Assembly: GCF_009914755.1 (NCBI RefSeq)
Contig: NC_060929.1
DNA: 64,000 nt
Reading direction: 5' to 3' (one strand)
DNA from: the human T2T-CHM13v2.0 reference genome, Homo sapiens
The position numbers were made by a program, and so were the translations under genes. The notes beneath the pieces are model-generated. The model was not told the DNA's origin, did no database searches, and saw nothing but the letters and a program-made list of their open reading frames with translations. Below, in pieces: positions 25,824 to 37,399 of this stretch (positions within the stretch are counted from its first letter, which is position 1; each line of letters opens with the position of its first letter).

Positions 25824-26399
25824 TAGACACAGATGAAGGGTGTCTTTGATTATGCAAATAGATTACCCATCTTGTACTCACTGTGTTTATTTCAATAAAT
25901 GATCCACAGAATATGCTACTTTTGATTTATAGTTTTCTTCTCCTTCACCGCTGTGGACTGGGAAAATATTTCTTATTATTTCTGCTGCAGAGTAGCAAAA
26001 AATTATGAGCCAGAAGGAAGACCACTACAACAAGCAAAATCTCTGAGTAATCATAAAATGAAGAACTATTTCCTGTTGGGATTCATTGTGACGAATTTGA
26101 TTTTAAATTCTTGGTGTTGGCATTTTATTTTTAAAATTTAGCTTTCTTGCCTATTCTGAAATTGTCAAAAATTCAGAAAAACAATCATCATCATTTGCTT
26201 GCTGATCAATGGAGACCTAATGATTTTTAGGCTGTGAGACTACAGTAATAAATAAATAAATAAATAAGTTGATACTTCCTTCTATCGAGGGAAATTGAGC
26301 ATTTTTCTCATAGTCCTAAGTCACCAGATCAAGGGATATATGTAATACTTGAGTGTTGACATTTTATTAATTTTTATATTTAACTAGAGCTGTAAAGTT

Positions 26400-28790
26400 G
26401 AAACAAATGGGTCAATGCAATAGCCCATAAAATATTTTAAAAACACATAAAAGAAATATCACTAAAATTTAAACATAAAAAAAATACAAAAAAACCCTGA
26501 GCTATAGGAAGGGAAGTATCCTCTAAATGCCCAAGTTGAAGGTAGTCCTCTTAGAAAGGCACAGAAAGAAGCAGTGTTTGATGGGAACGTGATTTTTCAA
26601 GTATTTTGAATTTTCAAACTCACCACATTAACTGAGTAAAATGAAAAAAATATATAAACTTCCTCTGAGGCAGAAAAAACATTTGGCATTTTCAAGATAG
26701 AGTTATAATAAAAATATCTCGCCCCAATAGAATACAAAGAAGCATCCTTAAGCAAATAGAAGGCATCTACGGAAATATCACACTGAAGTTTGAACTAATA
26801 AATTATTCATTTAAGATCCAGAAGAAGACAAAGTGTCCTCTTTCACTATTGTTCTCTCTACTGTATGGGAGGAATTAACCAGTGAGACAAATCAAATAAA
26901 TAAGTAAAACATACACAGTTAAGAAATGAAAAATACAATTCTAAATTTTAAACAACTCCATTACCTATACATAAACTTCTAGTGACTGTAAAAATCAGCT
27001 GCTGGAATAAACTAGTAATTTTAGCCACATCATAGAAAAAATAAGTCAACCCATTAACTTATTTCTATATATTTCCAATGAGTAATTAATGATAAAAATC
27101 AAATTCATGTAAAATACTAATAAAAATAAAATATGTATATATGATTTTAACAAATTACATGCAAGATCTCTCTAAATAGGAAACTAGCCAAAGTGTTGGG
27201 AGATGTAGGAAAGTTCTAAATAAATGGAGTCACATACAATAATTGATGGTTTTGATGTGTGTCCCTGCCCAAATCTGATATGATGTAATCTCCAATGTTA
27301 GAGGTGAGGCCTAGTGGGAGGTGATTGGATCATGGGGTGGATTTCTCATGAGTGGTTCAGCATCATCCCTCTTGATATTGTTCTCATAATAGCGAGTGAG
27401 TGAGTTTTCATGAGATCTGGTCATTTAAAAGTGGGTAGCACCTTCCCCTTTCACTCTCTTGCTGTTCTGGCCATGTGACGTGCCTGTCCCCCTTTGCTTT
27501 CTGCCATGATTGTATGTTTCCTGAGTCTTCCCAGAAGCTAAGTAGATGCCAGCATCATCCTTCCTGTATAGCCTGCACAACAGTGGGGCAATTAAACCTC
27601 TTTTCTTCATAAATTGTTGAATCTTCTGTATTTCTTTATAGCAATGCCAGAACAAACTAATACAATAATCATGGCTTGAAAGTTCAGTGAATTTTAGTGT
27701 GTAAAAGGTTTTGGTTTTTCCAAATTAATCATTCTAGAAATCCGCACCATAATCACAAAAGATATTTTTATATAAATTGACACACTGATTTAAAAATGTA
27801 CATCAAGAGAGCAAAAACAAATTATAAAAAGCTGAAAAAAAAGCTGGAATACTCACACTTCCTAACACCATGCAATAACTTAAAGCTATAGTCATCAAGA
27901 GAATGTGTTATTAGTATATGGATAAACAATTAGAGTAATGGAATGGAATAGAGTTCACAAATAGATCCATGCTTATATGAATAATATAATATCAAAAATA
28001 CTGCAGTTATTCAAAGGGGAAAGATAATTTTATTTAACAAAGTGTGCAGAACTACGAGATAAATGTGAAGAAAACAAACCTCAAGTCCTTCCTCACAACA
28101 AAAGCATGAATGAGTTCAAAATTAAATGAGTCCAAAATATATTATGGAACAATGTGTAAAAGTGAAAGCATAGGCTTCAAATATAAAGCACAGAAAATGT
28201 CTTAGTAAACTACATGAAAGCATTTCTTTTTATCCAAACCGTGGAGAAATTTCTTTTTATTCAGAAAGCAATAATTATATAATGATAAACTACAGAAATG
28301 TATAAATATATTTATACTTTAATGTTTATTTTTAATTCCGCAATTATATATACTATTTATTATGAATAAGAGCAAGAATATATAAATATAATGTACAACA
28401 TAGAAACAAGAGAACTATAAGAAGTAACAGATGCTACACAAAAATGATATAATAGCAAATAAGCAAATGAAAAATTTCTTAGTATCGTTAGTAATAAAAA
28501 ATAAAATGAGATAATTATACACATCTACTAGAAAAGCTACTATTTTAAAAATTGTGTTACCAATATTTGGCATAGATGTCAAGAAACCAGAATCTAGAGT
28601 TTGCATACATTGACGGTGGGAGTGTAACACAGTACAGCTACTTTGGATAACTAAATCTACCTTACATGTACCAATTCTACCCCTAGGCATTTATCCTAGG
28701 GGGGAGAAAAGCATAAGTCTATAAAAAGGCTTGCACAAGTACCTTTATTCATTATTGTCAAAAACAGACACCATGCAACTGTCCACCAGG
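26400..28790 (+). mobile_element. Ancient L1M ORF2 fragments, interrupted by MSTA
   Basis: Decayed L1 ORF2 phrases (AAGCTGGAATACTCACACTTCCTAA...AAAGCTATAGTCATCAAGA...; CCAATTCTACCCCTAGGCATTTATCC). Confidence 0.6.
27244..27664 (+). mobile_element. MSTA MaLR solo LTR
   Basis: GGATTTCTCATGAGTGGTTCAGCATCATCCC and CCAGAAGCTAAGTAGATGCCAGCATC are MSTA-type; ends CTAATACA; perfect 5-bp TSD ATAAT. Confidence 0.9.
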
Positions 28791-28792
28791 AG

Positions 28793-28856
28793 CGGCGTTC
28801 TCAAGTTCAGCACTGTTAGCTGTTGAAGTGGCTTAATTCTTTGTTGTGGGGAGCTA
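28793..28856 (-). mobile_element. MER20 fragment
   Basis: TTCTCAAGTTCAGCACTGTT...TAATTCTTTGTTGTGGGG is the reverse of the MER20 3' end. Confidence 0.6.
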
Positions 28857-30280
28857 CAAAACTCAACCATAAAAAAAGCAAATAATTTGATGCAAAAGTG
28901 GGCCAAAGACCTTAACAGACACTTCACCAAAGAAGATACGCAGATGGAAAATAACATATGAAAAGATGTTCTATATCTTATGTCATCAGGGAAATGCAAA
29001 TTAAAACAATGTGAGACTACTACACACATATTAGAACTGTCCAATTTCAGAACACTGACAATACCAAAAGCTGTTAAGGATGTGGAAATACCAAATGCTG
29101 TCAAGTATGTGGAAATACAGGAAACTATGTTCATTACTGGTGGGAATGAAAAATGGTACAGCAATTTAGGAAGATATTTTGTTTGGCAATTTCTTACAAA
29201 ACTAAACATCCTTTGTCTTAGTCTGTTTTGTGTTGCTATAAAGAAATACCGAAGGCTAGGTAATTTACCAAGATCAAGTTTATTTGCATTATGTTTCTGA
29301 TGTCTGAAAAAGTTCAAGATTAGGTATCTTGTAAGAGCCTCCAGCTGCTTCCACTCATGGTAGAAGGCAAAGAGGAACTGGAATGTGCAGAGATTACACG
29401 GTGAGAAAGGAAGCAAGAGAGAGAAAGAGGATAAGATGCCAGTTTCTTGTTTAACAATCAGCTCTCCTGGGAACTAAGAGTAAGAACTCACGCCTGAAGG
29501 AGGGCATTAATCTATTCATGAGGAATCTGCCACTGTCACTCAAATGCTGCCCATTTAGCCGACCTCTAACATTGGAATCAAATTTTAGCATGAGATTTGG
29601 TGGGTACAAACAGTATATTCAAACTATAGCACTTACCATATGGTTCTGCAATCGTGCTACTTGGTATTTACCCAAAGGAGCTAAAAACTTATGTCCACAT
29701 AAAAAGCTGCAAAAGGATGTTTATAGCAGTTTTATTCATAATGACCAAAACTTGGAAGCAACCAAGATGTTCTTCAGTAGGTGAATGGATATATAAACTG
29801 AGGAATATCCAAACAATGGAATATTATATAGAGCTAAAAAGAAATGAGCTATAAAGACATGGCAGAAACTTAAATGCTTGTTACTAAGTGAACAGAAAAT
29901 CCACTGTATGATTCCAACCATATGACATTCTCAAAAAGGCCATATGATGGGGCAGTAAAAAGATGAATGGTTGCCAAATGTTAGAGAGAGGGAGGGATAA
30001 ATAGGCAGAGCACAGAGGATTTTTAGCGCAGTGAATCTACTCTGCATGAAACTAAAATGAGAGCTACATTTGTTTAAATGCAGTTTGGAAACGTGAAATT
30101 TGTCTGATAATGATGAGTAAATGCAAGTTCAAAAATTGTAACAAAATGTACCACTCTAGTGGGAGATGGAAAAGGCTATGTATTTGTCTAGGCAGGGTAA
30201 TTTATGGGTATTTTACACAGCTTTGGGTAAATTTTGTTGTGAACTAAAACCAGTCTAAAAAAAATCTATTAATAAAAAAA
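28857..30280 (+). mobile_element. L1MC-type 3' end, interrupted by MSTB
   Basis: AAAAGTGGGCCAAAGACCTTAACAGACACTTCACCAAAGAAGATA...; GGCAGAGCACAGAGGATTTTTAG...; TGTACCACTCTAGTGGGAGATG; A-rich end. Confidence 0.8.
29214..29631 (-). mobile_element. MSTB-like MaLR LTR nested in L1MC
   Basis: TGTCTTAGTCTGTTTTGTGTTGCTATAAAGAAATACC...GGGCATTAATCTATTCATGAGG...CAAACTATAGCA. Confidence 0.8.
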
Positions 30281-30756
30281 GCCAAGCCTGCACTATGTCA
30301 TGAGGCAAAACACTGGATATTATGATGGTAAATAAAAATTATTACATATACATACAACGAATTAGTATTGCAGATATTTTTATTGTCTCTATAACAAAAT
30401 TATAATGTCTTGAATCATTTCTTATATTTAAGCCAGGGATATTGGAATTTAAATTACAATGAGTTTAAGAATGAATATCAACATAGGTTCTATCCAAAAA
30501 ATTAGAGTGAGGAAAAGTTAAATGTTAAAATACACTGCCTTCTATTTAATTACAGAGTAAGCTTCATCAGCTGTCTTCAAGAAAAAATTAGTGATAGATT
30601 CCATTTCTCTAAAGTAGGTACATTTCTATGGTCAAGTCTCTTTATTCACGATAACACTGATAAAAGAGAATGTCTATTGAGCCTTTTCTCATCATTAAAG
30701 ACATAAGCAAATTTGGAGACTATTTCTCAGCCAATATCATGTGATTGATAATAAGT

Positions 30757-30850
30757 TGTAAAAGTGTTCCTATTTCTCCACATCCTCTCCAGCAGCATGT
30801 ACCCTAAAACTTAAAGTATAATAAAAAAAAAAAAAGAAAAGAAAAAAATA
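30757..30850 (+). mobile_element. Tiny 5'-inverted (twin-primed) young L1PA insertion
   Basis: 30757-30794 is the reverse complement of late ORF2 (TGCTGGAGAGGATGTGGAGAAATAGGAACACTTTTACA); 30796-30850 is the L1 3' terminus CATGTACCCTAAAACTTAAAGTATAATAAAA(A)n; perfect 11-bp TSD AATAAGTTGTA. Confidence 0.9.
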
Positions 30851-31059
30851 AATAAGTTGTATGGCTGAAGTTTGAACATGGGTCTATCTAAATTTAATTA
30901 ACACTCTGAAGCACTATATCACCCTAAACAAAGTGGAGTATTTTACGTATATCCTGATTGCATGATGAAATAATGCCCGGAAAACAAGAAATATGCATAC
31001 ACACACACCCACATTCAGAAGATAGCATTAATAAAATGTTAACTAGAATTTTTTTTCTC

Positions 31060-31660
31060 ATTCCTTTGTTCATGCATTCAACTACTTATTCATTCATTTA
31101 TGCTATTATGCATCTACTTTACAATAGTAGCTGCTATATAAATTCTGGGGATAGAAAGGCAAACAAAACAAGTTTCCTGCCTTTGTGGATTATTATTCTA
31201 ATGATTAATAAAAAACAAATAATAAAATAGTGTATAATGTCTGATCTTAAAAATGTCATAAAGAAAAATAAACTCAGGTAAGTAGATAGAGAATAACAAG
31301 AGAATATTTTAAATAGGTGCAGTAAAGGCAGTAATTGAGGCCTACACTGAAGGGAAAGATGAGGCATGTGACTATGGCTGGGCTATTCCAGGAAAAGACT
31401 TATAAAGCCTTGAGTCAGGAGTAGTGCATTTGGCATGTGGCAGAATAGAAAAAACCAAGGTAAGGAAGGACAGGACACAGCTTCTCCTGACCATGCAGAG
31501 GAATTTGAATTATGTGATCCATAAATTCCCAATGGTTTAATTATTAAACAAAAATATATAATTATATAAGTTGTGACTTGCATTTATTTACATGAAAACA
31601 TCTCTATATTTTCTGTAAAATAATGCTTTATTTGGGGCAATGTATTTAAGATATATATTG
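31060..31660 (-). mobile_element. L2 3' fragment
   Basis: (CATT)n-like tail followed by CTGGGGATAG...AAACAAAACAAG..CCTGCC and TATTCCAGG...AAAGCCTTGAG, as in reverse L2. Confidence 0.6.
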
Positions 31661-33855
31661 ATGATCTCAGTGAAAACACATCTATCACCATTATCTAAAT
31701 GTTTGAAAAACACATGTAAATATAACTTCATTCTTTAAAATTAATATTGTAACAGCAAATATGTGGAGGGGCTTCACTAAATGAATACAGGTGGACCTTG
31801 TCCCAGAACTGAATGATTGTTTTAATACGTGAGTTTGTGGCGATGAACTGAGAATGTAGGAATCCTATTCTTTTTTGCCGAACCTGCTCGATTGCTGGAG
31901 ACACACTTTCTGTGTCTCAAAAGCTATTACAGTCTCTGCCTCAGGGAAGGTGGCCTGCTGTGGGGTTGGTAAGTGATGCCAATGGCTGTGGTTGGATTTA
32001 TATTCAATATTGACGTGCCGTCATGGGAACCTCATTATTGTCGTATTACACACTATCTCCTTTATCAACATTAGAATGTTAATTTAATCTTCCTTTTGCT
32101 TAACTCCTGTTTTTTTCTTGTGATGTTCTGAATCAGGCAGTGAAAGACATGCTATTGATTGGATTCCAGCCTAGAAACAAAATATAATCAGAAGTAAAAA
32201 CATCAGTAATTCCATAACAAATTCTAGCATATTCATTCTTTCAAAAATGAACATCCATTTGAATTATTTTGCACAATAATCAGTCAGGCATCTACACAGA
32301 TTAATGAATTCACACTGTATTTATTTATATTAATTTATTTGATCTTGTGCTTGAACACAAATGTTGGAATATGGAGCTTACTAACCACACATATATCAAA
32401 CTTTCATGTGAACCAAGCAAAACATTTTTGGTTACTTGCAAAAATGTTAAAAATAATAAAATCTCACATTAGAAGCTCAGTCACTCAGTAGTGGTGTATT
32501 CAGTTTACTCCTCTGGTCTACAAACGTATTTAAGAAGAAGTCTGCACTATTAGCCCTCCTTTCCCCATTAGTAGACATTTCTTCTATTCTCTTCATCCAA
32601 GTCTCATATTATACATATGTATGATAACACTAGGGGATCTTGTTTTAAACGTGTTCATCTTTTTATAATTTCATTGCACTCATTTTTTTTTCTCCTTATT
32701 TACCTCCTTATTCATGACAATCTGCTGTTTTACTTAGACTTTTTCTTTCTGTGATAGTTTTATGGATATCTTCTATTTCTTCCTTGATGTTGCCATTTCA
32801 CATTTTTAACGCCACTTTCACATCATTTTTTATTCTATGTTTAAAAAGCCAAAATGTTCCTTTATTTCTTTGATAGCTTGCAGAAATGTATGTTAATATT
32901 TATATAGTTTGTGGTATAATTAACCTCTTTTGAACATTTTCATCTTTGTTATCCAAATTTTTCTTCATATCATTTTCAAGCTATGAATTCACCTAGGTTC
33001 TCTGCAGATAATTTTCTAGTGATCACACTGAGAATTAATTATGGACCAAAGCTTCTCCACCAACACCGTACCTCAGCCTATATAATCTGGTTTTGCTCTG
33101 GATAAGAAGTCTTTTTTCTTCCAGCAAATACATATTTCAGCATTACTTTTGTGAATTAACAGTAAATTTAGTTCAGTTGACTAAGTTTAGTTGGTGCAGC
33201 ACTGTTGACCATAATCTCTGTATCCTCTCTTTATCATAGCTGTATCTATAAAGAATGTTTGTTTGCCTGTTGCTCTCATTCAGTGCTGCTTATGTTAGCA
33301 AAAGTCTTTAATAGACATCTACCTGGCATAGGAAGGAAGAGATTTTTTAAATTTGACTCCTCATAATGCATAGCCTACCTTTGGAGAGCACTTGCACTGC
33401 TGTAGGTCTGTACAAGTATGAGACCATGCTTTACTTCAACACTTAATTTTCACTGCACTAGTGAGTCTTTCTTCATAGTTTGTGGCTAGTGGTCATGGTT
33501 GACTTCTCATTTTATTGATGATTGAGATGTATTTGCTTGTTTGATTGTTTTTCTTCTTACTCAAAAAAGGAGGCTGATGCAAAATCTTTACTCTGGTATG
33601 TTTAGCTATGAGCATTGATAGAAGAACTCTAATTTGTGTTAGTGTTTTGAAGATTTTATGTTTATATATGAAGTTAAAATACTGACATTTGCAAAAATAT
33701 TTGTAGTCATCATGCATATGAGAATCAAACCTAAGACATATTTTGTCATACCTGGCTGACAAGCCTGAGACACGCCTGTTTCACCCACAGAAACCCTTCC
33801 ACTGCTGTCTCAAGCTTAGAGTTGGCCTGTGTCAGAATCAGTAAAAGCCACTGGG

Positions 33856-34062
33856 GGAAACCCTGCCTCTACTAAAAATACAAAATTAGCTGGGTGTGGT
33901 GACGCATGCCTGTAATCCCAGGTACCTGGGAGGCTGAGGCAGGAGAATCACTTGGACCCAGGAGGCAGAGGTTTCAGGGAGCTGAGATAGCGCCATTGCA
34001 CTCCAGCATGGACAAAAAGAGCGAAACTCCATCTCAGAAAAAAAAAAAAAAAAAAAAAAAAA
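33856..34062 (+). mobile_element. 5'-truncated AluS (Sp/Sq-like)
   Basis: Begins at GAAACCCTGCCTCTACTAAAAATACAAAATTAGC; GAGCGAAACTCCATCTC; long poly(A); no clear TSD. Confidence 0.9.
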
Positions 34063-34814
34063 GAAGAATGCATAATGACTAAATGAGGTTCATTGACGGA
34101 TACAAGAATAATTAAAAATTAAAAAGTGAAAACCAGATATAATCAGAGGAGAATTATAGTCATATACAAACTTCAAATAACAGTGGTTTCACTATAAATA
34201 TAAGGGGAAATTATAAATTATTCAATAAAGTATTTTTAGAGAAATAAAAAATTAGTTATTTTATACATTAACTTCATAGGGGCTAATGAATTTAAATACA
34301 TAAAATGAGGTGATACAAAAAGTAACATATAGCAATGAAAGGAATACAGTACATGTATATATTTATCCTTATGGATTGATCTCAAGCATGCTGTGTATGG
34401 CCAGTGTGGTACTCTATTTTTATGTCCATACTTATTTATGTAAGCTTAAATTGTTAAGGCAAATAAATCAACATTTTTTTTTCTGAATATTTCTTCTCAC
34501 AATTTTCAACTCTTCCTCTAGAAAATTGAAGGTTTTTTTATCTGGCACACACATATTCGAGATAATTAGAGCATTATTTGAAATTACTATGAAAGTAACT
34601 CTTTGGAATTGTTCAGTTATTTATTGTGTCCTTGATAACTCATGCAAAGACTTAATTTGATTGAAATTGTGTTCTAATTAAATTCACTTTTTCTCTTTAC
34701 CATCTATACCCAGACTAAATTCATTTTGAATTGTTCCATGTAGAATTAATATGGTTCAATTTCATTTTGACTAATTATGAAACTCTTCATTATATTGAGT
34801 GACTAGGTATATAG

Positions 34815-35085
34815 TTACGTATAATGGAACAGTCAGTGTCTCTAATTTTTCCCTTTGGACTAATTGTCCCTGTCCATGCTCGCATTTCATGATCGGTGAC
34901 TTTCTTTCAGGCTCAACATGAGAAAAATAAAAATTGCCAGGGATGTAAACACCCTAGAGCAGTTCCCAGCCAATGACAGAATAGAGATTTCCTTTATGTT
35001 CCATGGGACAAGTCTTGAGACATGGTTTCAAAAACTATCAGAATTTCCACCAGTATTGGGTGGTTGGGAAATCTAAACCTCAGAA
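34815..35085 (+). mobile_element. LTR16/LTR33-like ERVL LTR remnant
   Basis: GGGATGTAAACACCC...CAGCCAATGACAGA...TGGGACAAGTCTTGAGACATG...GGGAAATCTAAAC resembles LTR16; very diverged. Confidence 0.4.
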
Positions 35086-36410
35086 TATGGGTTTAACAAA
35101 GATCACACAGAGATATAGGTAGATAGAACATATGAAAGATATTAAAGAGCTATTGACAGCAAAATAAAAATTCTAATCTTTAGAATAACATGAAAATATT
35201 TGTCTAGCATATCTTGGGTAAAAATGGAAACTAAAGGCAAATGTGTAGACCAGCATATTAACAATTTGATTATATTAAAATATGTATATTTATAAAATCA
35301 TTACAAATCAAACCTTTGCTATTTACATAAGATGGTCTTAAAACAATGATCTATAATTTTAATCATAAAATATTTGAAAACTGGAAGAAGTAAATGATAA
35401 ACATCAATACAGAAATTAATAAAATATCAAATATAATACCTAAACAAATTTAAACAGAAAAAAATCTAGTGAATAAAAGCATAACTCACTATTTTAGAAA
35501 ATGGATATATAAGAAGAAATATAAAGAAAATTAAAAGAATATTATGTGTACAGTCTATATAAATTATTTGAACATATACATTCACAGGGTAAATACATTG
35601 CTTTATTAGTCTTCTTTTGATGCAGTAAAAAACAGCCACAAAATATCAGTTGTTTTATAGATCTCATTGCATTATGTTCAGAAAAGTAGTTGGTATGATT
35701 GGTACTTATTTTATGACATTTAGGTATAAGAATTTCGGGGAGTTTATGCTTAATTTTTCAATGTGTTATATGAACACTTGAAAATCATATGTTCTTTTTT
35801 AATCATGTCACAATTCAAAATACGTATATTTGCTTACAGGCATTAAACATAGTACTTACTTCAGTTTTTCTCCAGTCATTATTTTATTTTAATTGTTCTG
35901 ATTCTAGATAAAGATCACCTACTGAGTCTTGTTTTTATTCTGTGTTGCTTTCCTTTTTCTTACAGTTCTAATTTGCTTAATGTATTTTACTGTTACTTAG
36001 TGTGTCAACATTCATGGGAGTTATATCTGCACTTTAGAATTAGAAGGTGTAAGTTTTTAATATTCAGATATCAAATTACAAAATAAATAATGTGACTCTA
36101 TTTTCTTATGTTAGCATTTGCCTGACTTATTTTATCTGTCTCTTTACTTTCATTGGTATATACATAAGGAATATCTGCACATTGAATTTATTTTTCTTCC
36201 TACCTATGTGAAGGTATCTCATTAAAATTAGTCCTTTAACATATATATTTAGTATTACTATCATCTTATTTTCCTCAAGGTGTTTTCTTGGATTTTCATC
36301 TTTGATATTGTTCTTATTCTATCTGAGGGCATATGTTCCGGGCCCTGTTTCTCTTATCTCGCATCTGACTCATTATGGTCTATTCTGTTTCTTTCCCTCA
36401 GTCCTTCACA

Positions 36411-36540
36411 TTTTTTTTTTTTTTTTTTTTTTGAGACGGTCTCGCTCTGTCGCCCAGGCTGGAGTGCAGTGGCACCATCTCGGCTCACTGCAACCTCTGC
36501 CTCCTGGGTTCAAGTGATTCTGCTGCCTCAGCCTCCTGAG
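36411..36540 (-). mobile_element. 5'-truncated Alu right arm with TSD
   Basis: T22 then GAGACGGTCTCGCTCTGTCGCCCAGG...GCCTCCTGAG; TSD AGTCCTTCAC at 36400-36409 and 36539-36548. Confidence 0.9.
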
Positions 36541-37399
36541 TCCTTCACTTTTTAGGACAGTTACTGATGCCTGTTTTTCTGCTTTTCTGCTTTTCTGTTT
36601 TCCAATGGATTTAGAAAGTTGGACTCAGCTGGCTGTTGGTAATACAAATTGTTGAATTTGCTCTCTGCATTTTTTCAGTTATTGAGTTGAAAGTACTGTG
36701 CAAGGATTTATTTCCATTCTAAACAGGGTACTGGATAATCCCTCAATTTAGGATGGACTCTTAAGCCTTTGCCAGTGCTTAAGGCAATTTGATATTTATA
36801 CCCTCCTGTTGCCAACATGTAACCAGGAACTGCTCTTCTATTCTCACTCATCAAAGCAGGGACAACAGATGGGGGGTGAAATACCACTTTGATTATAGTG
36901 ACAGACAAGAACAATTACCTGGAGATTTTTGTATTTTTCTTTTAGTGACATATTCTCACTAAAACTTTCTGTCCTTTTGCTTTCTTTCTTTTTTCTTTTT
37001 ATCGATATTCCAGATCATTAGTTTCTTCGAAAAGTTAAGCATAGACTATGTTATTATAATAAACATGCTTCCCTGTATCAGTTGATTAGCACAGCAATTT
37101 TTATTTCCTCATCATATCACAGTCTGATTAAGGTTGGCTTCTTTCTCTGAAAACTTGTGAATCAGACCCATTCCATTTTGTAGATGTAGGTTGGGAAAAC
37201 CTAGGTTCCAAATTTCCTGCTGAAAGGCAAAATAAGGCTGTGAGATGGTGTGTAATGAGTCAAGACTCAGAGGGCCAAACCTGGAAGTCTTTTTTATATT
37301 ACGTAGGCTTATATTCTGCCAATCAGAATTCATTCCTTTGGTCTACAATCTGTGAGAAAGATTTAGAAGTTCAACTTTTGTTCCCAAGAAAATAGCCAG

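Noticed and set aside
29061-29118. 27-bp tandem duplication (similar short duplications at ~17725-17750, ~40410-40440, ~43561-43604, ~56666-56699)
   Set aside because: Ordinary slippage duplications, mostly inside decayed repeats, with no sign of function.
28745-29416. Longest ORF in the window (223 aa, minus strand)
   Set aside because: It runs across an MSTB LTR, antisense L1MC and a MER20 fragment, shows no recognisable domain and begins at a non-ATG codon. A chance open frame.
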